59,753 nucleotides of DNA, taken from positions 1 through 59,753 of the IMG/VR virus record IMGVR_UViG_3300006802_000105; one strand, 5' to 3'. The translations under genes were made by a program, and so were the position numbers. Each line of letters starts with the position of its first letter. Position 1 is the first letter of the stretch. The notes beneath the pieces were generated by a model. The model worked only from the letters and a program-made list of their open reading frames with translations, was not told the DNA's origin and ran no database searches. Shown here piece by piece: positions 29,701-40,000 of the stretch. The DNA is from a virus. Taxonomy: Duplodnaviria; Caudoviricetes.

Positions 29701-30156
29701 ACTACGGGCGCGGATACGCCGCCCAATGCGACGACTACGGAAACCATTACTGGCGGGACGGGGGGTACTGGGGGTACTGGGGGTACTGGCGGTTCCGGTA
29801 CTGGCGGGACGGGTGGCTCGGGTACTGGGGGTACTGGTGGCTCGGGCGGCGGCTCGGGTGCGGGTACGCGGACAGTTCTTATGCCGTTTGGAACCGCGCA
29901 GGCTCCACTGGCTGCACCTAAAGAGCCAAAACTCGCCGGGGCCGCAGGTTGGGCGGATGAAGAGGGGCCGATTGACTACACACCCTTCGAGTACGTAGCC
30001 CGCAAAATAGCCGCCGATGAGGCTAAGAACACTACTAAAATGGCACAAGGTGGCTCTGTGGACGAAATACTTGCGCTTCTCGGTGTTACCAGCCAAGATG
30101 ACGCTTATTCCACAGGCGATGCGTACCTCGATGAGTTACTGCGCACACTACGATAG
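26746..30156 (+). CDS. Large internal virion/ejection protein with TM segment and acidic T/P repeats
   Basis: 1136 aa; TM 'LGALGFILIVGAAVLGA'; repeats; FEGGG near the N-terminus and MAQGG near the C-terminus. Confidence 0.65.
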   Translation: MDGGSKTKGVQHFEGGGSAENFDNSTGLPLGYYWVGSGESGHMEQIPLPDFPGQYDPEKDPNLLPGGWAYGGYGPIIANMPTGGGGSPDAGYEPRFQSAPMELTGYSRYLGNNMVAVYDTSGKYLYSYDQGGDGLGALGFILIVGAAVLGAPYIAELIGGFGAPTVGSALTEMGVAELAGSMSAEALATAATELTVASASPTVAATIEAAQLAGLTGATTAAEAAGLTGATTAAETAAATTAAETAAATTAAPAATTAATTVAPAAAAAPAATPGFTFSNLVSNPGLTIGKALGITNPIAAQFVGNTIVNTAMNGGDIEAAAKGAIISTGIGVAADKLSPALTTALKDVDLPPAVKEAVVKGTTNAAKAVATAVVTGQDPAAAFINSVATSAFSEVSKQMGGTGLPPQAQNVAMAAAVASLRGQDITQATLNAALKEAIKTTADYADKALGLGGLTPEQISAAYRDASRRLDVPQTAIPAQQVDAAVTTIIAENELPPLPPPQETAAAEPAIETVLTDAGLVPGLPQGIDTDFKLTPDLPQETVNAILGPQTPAEGTQYAAVDSGVVSDAGPQGEPTIAPEPPPEPELVATDITGEPATSNTVSNAANQNLLADAGDTDAQATLISEPTTVIAVDADTGTALVTTPDGSVNIVENPDNVFQVGDTIPVDVTPPVSSETFYNEYASGEPPPAEQPLEMSDLFGPPEPPPAEQPLEMSDLFGPPEPPPAEQPSETFYDQFTGMEPPPVDVTPPVSSETFYDQFTGMEPPPAEPTPPDLSELYGPQPVSNAANQNLLSNEEAQTSYITGPTTGSDDFPNATTTETITDSPQSDYITGSLTGTDTEPNATTTETITSPTADPTDAQTTYITGPTTGADTFPNATTTETITDSPQTTYITGPTTGADTKPNATTTETITEGAQATPITGPTTGADTFPNATTTETITSPTDDPTGAQTTYIGDSNAANQNTITSPTDDPTGAQSDYITGPTTGADTPPNATTTETITGGTGGTGGTGGTGGSGTGGTGGSGTGGTGGSGGGSGAGTRTVLMPFGTAQAPLAAPKEPKLAGAAGWADEEGPIDYTPFEYVARKIAADEAKNTTKMAQGGSVDEILALLGVTSQDDAYSTGDAYLDELLRTLR
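28740..29870 (+). repeat. Nested coding repeats
   Basis: EPPPAEQPLEMSDLFG x2, SETFYDQFTGMEPPP x2, about 7 copies of ITGPTTGADTxPNATTTETIT, and a GGT run. Confidence 0.85.
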
Positions 30157-30167
30157 AGAGGCGAGAT

Positions 30168-32126
30168 ATGGATGACGAATATAACTACGTTCTTGACGAG
30201 CCTACTGACACCTCTACGGACACCCCTACTTACACCTATACTGACACCCCTACCGACACTTCCGGTACGCTATCCGCCGGGGATCAAGAGTTCCAAGACT
30301 TTATGTCTGGCGCTGCGGGGGACCAAGAGTTCCAAGACTTTATGTCTGGCGCTGCGGGGGATCAGGACTTCGAGGATTTCATGACTGAGGCCGCAAAGGC
30401 CGATCCAGCGGCTAAAGGGATTTTGGCATCCGCAATTAAAGCCTTTGGGGCGGGGGCGAAAGATTTCATAAAAAAATACTTCTACAACTCAGAGACAGGG
30501 AAGTTTAATTTTGCGGGGGTAGCCACTGCGGGGCTTGCGCTTTATTCCCTGCTTGGAAAAGGCAGTGAAGTTGAAAAAGGCGGTTACAACACGCCTGTAC
30601 CTACGTTCACGGCAACGCGCAAGCAAGTACAATACGACGATACCAACCGCCGCCCCGGCGCAGGCGGACGGAGTTACTTTACCCCCACGCAATTCACTGC
30701 GCCCGCAGATGCTGGTACAGCGCAGTCCACAGCCGACACGCAGGCTCAGGGCATCCTAGCGGGGTACACTCCCCGTGCTGCGGAAGTAAACCCCTATGCG
30801 GGCAAATTCAGGACGCCGTGGGAAGCCCCCCCGGCGGCTACCGCCCCCGCTGCAACGGCCCCAGCCTCTGGGGTGGCGCAACTCATGCCGGTTCCCAACG
30901 CAGCGACCTACGATCCAGTAACCGGAGTTAAGACTATGGCAGACGGTGGTATTGCTGCATTGGCGCGAGGCCGGTACCTTGCGGGTAAGACTGACGGTAT
31001 GGCGGACAAAATCCCAACGTCCATTGATGGCAAAGACCCCGCTGCCTTGAGCCACGGTGAGTTCGTTATCCCCGCCGATGTAGTGTCGCATTTAGGCAAC
31101 GGAAACTCTGAAGCTGGCGCAGAAAAGCTCTACGCCATGATGGACAAGGTTCGCAAGGCCCGTACCGGCACTACCCAACAAGGCAAACGGATTAACCCGG
31201 ACAAATTTATGCCGGGAGGTCTGGCGGGGTATGCGGGCGGCGGCGCGGTGAAGAAGTTTGATGGAACCTCCGGAAGTCTTGTACCTACGACAACGTCAAC
31301 GACAGCGCCAACGACGACCGCGCCAAATATGTCCACCTCATCCAGTCTGTCTCCGTGGGCGGGTCCGTATGTCACTAACATGCTAGGCAGGGCCGAGGCT
31401 TTGGGTTCGGAGCCGTACCAAGCGTATACCGGCCCCCTGTCTGCTGGGGCGTCTGATCTTCAAAACCAAGCCTTTGCAGGTATCGGTACGCTGGCAGGTG
31501 CAGGGTACACCCCCACTACCTACTCGGGCGGCACGTTCGGTGCCCAGCAAGCCCAGCAGTACATGAACCCCTACATCCAAGCTGCGCTCGACCCCCAGTT
31601 GGCGGCAATGCGTCGGGAGGCCGACATTCAGCGTACCAATAGGGCGGCGAAAATGACCCAAGCAGGCGCGTTTGGCGGCACCCGGCAGGCTGTTGAGGAC
31701 GCGCTGGGTACTGAATCGTTGCAGCGGCAGCAAGCCCAGACTATTGGAACCGGCTACCAAACTGCTTTTGACAAGGCAATGGGGCAGTACAACACGGATC
31801 AGGAGCGCAGGCTGGGTGCAGAGAAAGCTACCGAAGCCTCCCGGCAGTACAGTTCGGACTTCGGTCTCAAGTCGCTGGACGCTATGGCGAGGTTGGGCCA
31901 GACACAGCGTGATATTGAATCTGAGGGCATTGCAGCAGATAAGGCTGAGTTCGAGCGGCAGCGTGACTACCCGGCGTCCATGATTAAGTTCCAGCGCGAT
32001 CTGGTTACGGGGCTTCCGATTACCACTACGGATACGTCTGCAACCACCGATGCAATTGGCCGAATCAGCGGGCAGATCAACGACTTAGTTGGGCTGTATA
32101 AGACTCTCTCCGCGCTGGGTCAGTGA
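30168..32126 (+). CDS. Internal virion/ejection protein with 'DxIPA...LSxGEFV' domain
   Basis: MADGG, DGMADKIPTSIDG...LSHGEFVIPADVVS, YAGGG; C-terminal YMNPY/GAFGG/Q-rich region typical of DNA-transfer proteins. Confidence 0.7.
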   Translation: MDDEYNYVLDEPTDTSTDTPTYTYTDTPTDTSGTLSAGDQEFQDFMSGAAGDQEFQDFMSGAAGDQDFEDFMTEAAKADPAAKGILASAIKAFGAGAKDFIKKYFYNSETGKFNFAGVATAGLALYSLLGKGSEVEKGGYNTPVPTFTATRKQVQYDDTNRRPGAGGRSYFTPTQFTAPADAGTAQSTADTQAQGILAGYTPRAAEVNPYAGKFRTPWEAPPAATAPAATAPASGVAQLMPVPNAATYDPVTGVKTMADGGIAALARGRYLAGKTDGMADKIPTSIDGKDPAALSHGEFVIPADVVSHLGNGNSEAGAEKLYAMMDKVRKARTGTTQQGKRINPDKFMPGGLAGYAGGGAVKKFDGTSGSLVPTTTSTTAPTTTAPNMSTSSSLSPWAGPYVTNMLGRAEALGSEPYQAYTGPLSAGASDLQNQAFAGIGTLAGAGYTPTTYSGGTFGAQQAQQYMNPYIQAALDPQLAAMRREADIQRTNRAAKMTQAGAFGGTRQAVEDALGTESLQRQQAQTIGTGYQTAFDKAMGQYNTDQERRLGAEKATEASRQYSSDFGLKSLDAMARLGQTQRDIESEGIAADKAEFERQRDYPASMIKFQRDLVTGLPITTTDTSATTDAIGRISGQINDLVGLYKTLSALGQ

Positions 32127-32142
32127 TAGCTAAAGGACTGCC

Positions 32143-34080
32143 ATGAATCTTGTACGACTCCAAGACGAACTCCGGGGACTTCCGCTCCCCGTGTTGGACG
32201 CGAAAGCCAAAGGGCAAGACCCGCAGACGCCGCCGTGGCTGGCTACCGCTGTTCTGAACGAACGGCTGGCTGCGAATGAAAAAGCTGACCTAGCCCGAGG
32301 GGCCGCGCAGGGAGATAAACCTAGCGTTGCGGAACAGCTTCAGCAAAAGGCCGGACTTATGGCCCTGCAAGATCAGCAACAGCAGCAAGCCCAGCAGCAA
32401 CTCATGCAGCAGATGGCCCAAGCCCCGCAGCCCGCGCCAGAAGGCATTCCCCAGCCGGAAGCCCAGCCTCAACCCGCGCCGTTTATGGCCGCTCGTGGGG
32501 GCCTCGCACGGCTACCCGTAGACCCCCGGATGTTTAACTACAAAGAAGGCGGCGTGATTGGGTTTGCTACGGGCGGAGATCCAAACGCAGCGCTACGGGA
32601 GTTCCTAAAAAGTATTGGTAAGACTGCGTCCGAGTTTGCGAATGCTGACCCGGGCACGCGGAAGTCAATTCTTGACGCATTCAGAGCCGCCACACAGGGA
32701 CCGCCTGCCCCTGCTCCTGCTCCTGCTCCTGCTCCTGCTGCGGTGCCTAGAGGGGGGTACGCGCAGCAGCCCAACCCGCGCGGGCTTGAAGTTCTTAGGA
32801 CCGCGCTAAAACCCGGGCCGCTTGCAGGGCTTGCCGCTGGCGCGGGACTAAGCTATGGGGCCGCTAACGCTTTGCAGAATATGTCTCCGGAGCAGCGAGG
32901 GATGCTGGAAAGTGCTGGCGGCGGGGACGATACGGCGTTTGCGGCTGCGATTCTGAACGCGGCACAACCCTCTGAAGCAGCGGCGAAAGCCCCAAAAGCC
33001 GCACGCGCCGCTCCGAGCCTCCCCCCTGAGAGTGGTGATATGGGTGCTAGGGATATGAGCCGTGGGTTGCCTGCCGCGCCCGCCGCCTTGGGGGGCGTCC
33101 CCCCGGAGCGTGGTGATATGGGCGCTAGGGATATGCGCCGTGGGCTACCCGCAGCCCTTCCAAAAGTCCCCGCCGCTATGCCCCCCGCTGCACAAGCACC
33201 CGCAACTCAGCCTCCGGCAGCGCCAACCGAGCTTGAACGGATGCAGTTGGAGACGCTTAAGGCCGAGCCAAAAGCGATGACGGTAGATGAGGCGAGGAAA
33301 GAATTCAACGCTACTAGGCCCGACTTGCTAAAGACGCCCGCTGGGCTGGAGCAGCTTGCACGGCTTAAAGCGCAGCAAGAAGCCTACGACAAGACTAAAG
33401 AAGATCGTGGGGTTGAGCGCCTTATGCAGGTTCTGAGCGCCCGTGCGCGGGGCGGACTTGGTGGGTTTGGTACTGGCTATCTGAATGCAGTCACCGGAGA
33501 GCGTGCAGCCGATGCAGCGCAGGCCGCGTACCAAGACAAGGTAATGACCGCCGTTGAAGCCGCGCGTCGTGGCGAAGCTACTAAGGAGCAGGAAGAGCTT
33601 CTGAAGACCTTGGGCGAAAGCCGTAAGACCGCCGCAGAGAACCAGCGTAACCGTACAACTGCGCTTACCAGCGCGGTGGGTCACGAACTGACAGCACGGT
33701 CTGCAAGAGAGCAAAACGCATCTCAAGAAAGAATTGCAGAAGCCCGAAACGCGACGAGCCTCCAAGTTGCGAGAATACAGGATGCAGCTACAAGATTTGC
33801 GGCTGAAGGCCGTATCGGTAGCGCCGATGCTAGACAGACTTTGGCCACAGCAAGAGCGCAACTGGATAGCGTGCAGAAAGAGCTTACTGAACTGTCGAAG
33901 AACGCCTTTATTAAGGCGAACGCAGAGCGCATAAAAGAGCTTCGCCCACAGCTTGACTCGCTGCGCCAAGCAATTGCGGTATTGGAAGGCGGCGGTACAA
34001 TGCCCGAACGCCCCGGCGCGGCAACAACAAAAGCAGCCCCGGTGTTGAAGTACAACCCCGCAACGGGGAAGATTGAATGA
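32143..34080 (+). CDS. Internal virion/ejection protein
   Basis: 645 aa, A/P/Q-rich, coiled coil; AARGG, YKEGG and FATGG motifs. Confidence 0.65.
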   Translation: MNLVRLQDELRGLPLPVLDAKAKGQDPQTPPWLATAVLNERLAANEKADLARGAAQGDKPSVAEQLQQKAGLMALQDQQQQQAQQQLMQQMAQAPQPAPEGIPQPEAQPQPAPFMAARGGLARLPVDPRMFNYKEGGVIGFATGGDPNAALREFLKSIGKTASEFANADPGTRKSILDAFRAATQGPPAPAPAPAPAPAAVPRGGYAQQPNPRGLEVLRTALKPGPLAGLAAGAGLSYGAANALQNMSPEQRGMLESAGGGDDTAFAAAILNAAQPSEAAAKAPKAARAAPSLPPESGDMGARDMSRGLPAAPAALGGVPPERGDMGARDMRRGLPAALPKVPAAMPPAAQAPATQPPAAPTELERMQLETLKAEPKAMTVDEARKEFNATRPDLLKTPAGLEQLARLKAQQEAYDKTKEDRGVERLMQVLSARARGGLGGFGTGYLNAVTGERAADAAQAAYQDKVMTAVEAARRGEATKEQEELLKTLGESRKTAAENQRNRTTALTSAVGHELTARSAREQNASQERIAEARNATSLQVARIQDAATRFAAEGRIGSADARQTLATARAQLDSVQKELTELSKNAFIKANAERIKELRPQLDSLRQAIAVLEGGGTMPERPGAATTKAAPVLKYNPATGKIE

Positions 34081-34088
34081 GGTAGGTT

Positions 34089-37000
34089 ATGCCGTATACG
34101 GTTGCTTTGCCCGACGGGCGCATAGTCGAGTTTCCTGACGACGTATCGAGGGACAAAGCAGCCGCAATAATCCAGCAACAGTTCCCGGCGCTGGCACCCA
34201 AACCCGCTCCAACCACGATGTTGGGGCAGGCCAAAGAGTTTTTCAAAGGCATCCCAGCCGGGGCCGTAGGTCTGCTTGAGAGCGCCGCTACGGGCGCGTC
34301 CGCGCTGCTGCCCGAGGAAACTGAGAAAGCTGCCCGGGAGAAAATCAAGAGCGTAGCCACTGCGGCGAAGCAGCCGTTTGCTGCGACCCCGGGGTATGAG
34401 GAGGCGGTTGGTAGGAAATTTGGAGAAGCCGTCGGGTCTACCGTGCCGTTCTTTGCAGCAGGCCCGCTTGGTACCGCAGGTAGGGTAGGTGCTACTGCCT
34501 TGGGTGTGGGTGCCGGAGCAGGCGAAGCCCGAGTACGCGCCGAAGAAGGTAAAGCAGAAGCCGGGGGCCGGGGCACCGCCACCGCGCTGGGCGCAGTAGT
34601 GGGTGCTACTGAGATGCTGCCGGTGTTTAAGTTTATCGAGCATCTCGGTAAACCGCTGGTGGATGGTATTACAAGCCAGATTCGCCGTGCCCTAGCAGCA
34701 GGTGGCGCAGAAGCCGCACAGGAAGCCGCCGCACAGATTGCTCAGAACCTTATTGCCAAAGGCATTTACAAACCCGAGCAAGCCGTCATCGAAGGTACCG
34801 GGGAGGCCGCTGCTTATGGCGGTGCTACTGGTGCGCTTATCCAAGCGCTTACGGATATGGCTCTCGGGCGACGCGCAAAAGCCCCCGCCCCTGCAACGCC
34901 ACCCACGCAAGAACCCGTAGGTACCCAAGGTGAGATGTTTAGCCCCGCAGAAATGGGTCAGGGTCGAGCGCCGAGAGTTAGCCAACCACCTGCCGCACCC
35001 ACGCCCCCTGAAAAACCGGCGGTTCCGGAAGGGCAGATGGACCTTGGGTTGGACTATCAACGAGACGTAGAGCAGTTGTATCTTGAGCGGGAACGCCTTA
35101 AGCAGGGCGCGCAAACTCCAGAGGTAAAGCAGCGGATTGCGGACCTTAGCGCTCAGATTCGCAGCTACGAGGAAATGAGCGTTGCAGAGCAACGCGCACA
35201 GGTAGCGGCTGATGCAGAGCAGGCTCGACAAGACGAACTTACTCGCAAGAAGTTCCCAGCGCTTGCTAACGCCCCAGATTTAATTGCCGCGTCGGATGAG
35301 GTTAAGGCCCGCACCCAAGGTAGTCTGTTTACGCCCGAAGAGCTTGGTGGGGAATTCGCAGGGCCGCAGATACCCGCTGCGCCAGTTAGCGTGGAACCCA
35401 CTGAACCGACCCCCGCGCCACCATACGCACGTACGGGTCCGTACCAGTATAAGTTGCCGCTGCGCCAAGCATCCGAAGGCCAGCCAACAGCTACGAAGCC
35501 CACACCGCCCACACCGCCCACACCGCCCAAGGCGGAAACTCCTGCTGCGCCGCCCACACCTCCCGCAAAGCCCGGTGCAATTACTGCTACGGAAATCAAG
35601 CAGTTTGGAACGATGTCCAAAGCTAACCGGCGGTGGCTGATTGATAACGTAGAAGGAAAGACTCCTGATGAAGTGCGGGATATGGTGGAAGCCGACCCCA
35701 CGATACTTACCACCCGCAAAGGCGTTGCCGCCGCACTGCGCGAGATCATTGCGAACGCCACACCCAAGGAGGCTCCCAGTGCCCCGACTCCCAAAGTTCC
35801 TGCAACTAAGTTGCCAGTTAAGCCCCGAGGAAGTAAGCCAAGCGTGGGAGTACCTAGTGAGCCTGCCGGAGCCGTCCCAAGTGAACCCGGAACCGGAGGA
35901 ACCGCCACCACCACAACGCCTACAACGCCTGACAACAGTGGACTGGTTCCTACTGAGCAACCTGCTGGAGAGGGAAATGCACCTCAAGGAGCAGAACCCG
36001 CTGCACTGACGGTAGAGACGGCGATACCTGCGCTACAAGACCTAATCAAAAACGCTGGAACGGCCCTTGCCCGAAAGCGGGCGGCTACCAATGCTCTTGC
36101 TGCGCTGCAAGATCCCAAGCTAAACGAAACAGCAGAAGACCGTGCGGGCAACTTGCGCCTAGCCGCGCAGATACTGGGCCGAAAGATGGCCCCAGCGGCT
36201 CCAGTCAAAACCACTATTGCCGCGCAACCAACCGCTCCTAAGCCAGCAGTCCCTGCGGGTATGTTTGGGGCGCTCGTCAAGCCCGGAACGCCCGACTTGA
36301 CCGAAGAGGAAGCTGCGCCCCCAGCACCCCCGGCACCCCCGGCACCCAAAACTACTGAACCTAGCGTCTGGGAAGGTAAGGGGGAAAGCAAAATTGGGGC
36401 GGACCTCAAGACGACTTCGGAAGACAAGCAGTCCGATGCCGCTGCGCGTCGCGCCGAACCTCCGTCGCCTACCGCAATCACCCCAACGCCTCCTGCACAG
36501 GAAACTACAGGGGCTGCAAAGCCGACGGAAGCTGCGAAGCCCGCAAAGCCCGCGAAGCCGACGGAAGCTGCAAAGCCCGCTACGCCACCTACGCCAAAAG
36601 GCCCGCGCACGGAGTTGGAGACCGCCAACATACTCAACGGGATGAACCTGCTGGATGCGGCTCGGTGGGGTGCAGCGAACTTCACTGACCCAGACTTCCG
36701 TTTGATTGCGCAGCGTGTAGCGGACACCTTGCAGATACTCAAGAACGTAGGGTTGCAGATTGGGTCCATCACGGTTACTGACCCAGACAAGCGCATTGCC
36801 AGTGGTGCAAAAGGCGTAACTTCTTATAAACTCGACAGGGCTGGGGGGCCATCGCTTGTCAGGATCACGCTTAACCACCCGAACAACGGGAAAAACTCAG
36901 GTACGACAGACGCAGTAATCCTGCACGAACTGATCCACGCTGCGACGATAGGGGCAACCCGGATCGGCAATCTACAAAGAGCGAAAGGCACCCGGGTAGC

Positions 37001-40000
37001 CAAAACCGTTTCGGAGTTGTACGCCGTAAGCAACGCCGTTTTCGCCCATGTAGATGCCAAAGCCGCGCGGGGCGAAACGCTATCTACGACCGAGAAACGG
37101 CTACGTACAAATTACATGCGGGACGTAGACGAGGTTCTGGCATGGGCTCTGACTGACCGGGACATGCAGGCGTACATGGAAACGGTGCCATACAAAGGTA
37201 CGACTGCATGGGACAAGTTTGTAACGCTCATCCGCGACATGCTCGGGTTGACGCCGAAGGCAGATACCGCCCTTAGCGAGATTCTGCGTATCGGTGGGGA
37301 ACTAACCTCTTTGACTGACGCCGACCTTGCGGAAGCAACTAAAGCAACCGGAAGACAATTCTCCCTCTCCCCCACAGCCGAGTCGCTCATTGCAGGCTCC
37401 GGTGCCGTAGACCCGGTGGAGGTGGGTGCGCTCAAGCGCATGATCAACGTCATCAAAGGCACGCCGAATGTTGACTACGCTACGAAGTTCCGCACACAGG
37501 TAGCAGATATCGCAGCAACGATTGAGGCGCGGCTTACAAGGACGTTTGATGGTGCCGTACGAACCTCTCTTGGTGAACTTAACCCGATGGGGCTGTACCG
37601 TCAGGCACAGGACTACACCAAGATGCTGCTGGAGTTCTTCCAGCAGGGGTCGCTCGTAAAGAACCCAACCACCGGGCTGTGGGAAGTTACACGGAACAAA
37701 GAAGTACGCGCCCCGGCAGAAGTCTATAAGCTCGTTGAGAATTGGGGTAGGCAAAACGGCTGGACCCGCGAAGAGGCTACGCAACGCGCAAGCCGGATTC
37801 TGGAGGCTGTGCGGCTTGACGGTCTGCGAACTGCAAACAATACGCAGGGTGCGTCATTCACGCTGCACAAGATCGACCCCACATCAGCACTTTCCATCGA
37901 CCAGCAGATCGACACGCTGCTTGCAGAATACCGGGCTGACCCGGCGCTGGCTGAGATGAACACGCTGATGGACGAGTCGCGTAAAGCCTTGGTAGACCAC
38001 TTGGTGGATGTGGGGCGGCTGTCGCCGGACCAAGGGCAGGACTGGAAAGAAGTAATCGGATACGTGCCGTTTGACCGACTGAGTCCGGATTCTCTGGAGG
38101 AGTTTAGCAAGGTCAAGCGCATCAGCGGCAGGGGCTTGGCGCAGGTTGGCAAGCTGCCAGAACTCGAAGGAACGACCCGGCTTGCAGTGGGTAACGTGTT
38201 CAACAACTACATCGACACGATGGGCTGGATGGTTGGTCAGGTAGTCAAGACCGATGCCACCGTGCGTACGCTGCGCAGCTTGGAGAGAGTCACCTCTGCT
38301 AGGTTCCTCGGGCAGTCTAAGCAGGGTAGGCCCAACACCGTGGGGATGTATGTTAAGGGCGTGATGAACTATTGGGAGTTGCCGTCCAAGTACGACGTGA
38401 TGGCCTTCAAAGACCTGAACCCGCCAAAATCTAACTGGCTGCTACAACTGGGCGCGTTCTCAAATGTGTTGCGTAAATCCATCACTGCCTTGCCTCCCTT
38501 TGCGTTAAAGCAGGTAACCGACGACGTGCAGCGGGCGATCTTTACGTCGGGTGTGAAGAACCCCGGAGCGCTGCTGCGGATGGCGCTGACCAACTTCCCC
38601 AAGCTGGCTATCGCAGAACTGCGCGGCATCCAGCACCCCACGGTGCGTGAGTTTGGCGCTATGGGGCTGACGGGTGAGTACGACTTCCAAGCGGGCAAGC
38701 CTGCGTCCTCTCTGCTCAAGGATATCGGCGTGCTTAAGCGTGGCAAGTGGGAGACCCTCATGCACCGGCTTGACGGCATCACCCGTGCGTCGGACTTGGC
38801 GGTACGCAAGGCCATCTACGACCAGACCATGAAGGAGTCCGGCAACGACACACTGCTGGCGCAGACTCGGGCGCGGGAGTTCATCAACTTCCGTAGGCGC
38901 GGAGCGAGTGAGTTTGTCGGCGCGATGGTGACTACGATCCCGTTCTTTAATGCGTACGTACAAGGTATGGACGTGCTGTACCGCGCAGCGTCCGGCAAGG
39001 ACTCAAGCGCGTCAGTGGGGCGGGCGCAAGCACGCAGGATGTTCTGGAGCCGCATGGCTATCGCCGCTACGCTGAGTTCGCTCTACGCACTTGGAAAGGA
39101 CGACGACGATGAAGAGTACAAGAACATGGACTTGCGTGCCCGGGATAGCAACTGGGTTCTCGGTAACGGGTTTAAGATCCCTGTGCCGGGGGAGCTTGGT
39201 GCCATCTTCAAGGTGATCCCCGAGCGCATCGTCGAGTACATGCGGCGGCAAGGAACTCCGGAGGAGCAAGAGGCTTTTGAAGCGGTACGTACCACGCTGG
39301 CTTACATGTTCGAGCAATACGCTGGGCGTATGACTCCAGTACCGCAAGCTATCAAGCCCGTCATGGAAGCATGGGCTAACAAGTCATTCCTGACCGGGCG
39401 TCCATTGGAAGGCTTCCACCAGCAGATGATGGACCCCAGTGCAAGAACTACCGAACAGACCTCGGAGCTTGCAAGGGCCATTGCGAACTTTAGCCGCGAC
39501 GTACTCAAGACTGAGTTTTCGCCCATCATGATTGACAACGCGCTGCGCGGCTACTTTGGCTCTACGGCTGCGCTGCTGACTGCCGTCACTGACAGCTTGC
39601 TGAACCCCACGCGGATCGACCGCCCCTTGCACAAATGGGCGCTGTTGAGCAACTACATGTATGACCCGGTTGGTACGCGCCGGACAACGGAGTTCTACGA
39701 TGAGCGGCAGACAATGGGCCGTGCCAACTCTACGCTCAACGATCTGGTGAAGACTGATACCGACCGTGCAGTCAAGTATGCAGAGGAGCATCAGGACGAT
39801 CTGGTCTTTGAGTCCGCCATCAACTCGACGCTGGAGCAGCTAGAGCGCACTCGGGCATACCGCAACTTTCTGAACAGCCCAGAAGGGGCTAAGGAGATGC
39901 CAGCTACAGAGCGCGAAGCGGAAATGAAGGAGGTAAAGAAGTATGAAGCGGAGTTGGTGAAGTGGGTGCGAGAGGCCAAGACCGCCTACGAGAAGTCCAA

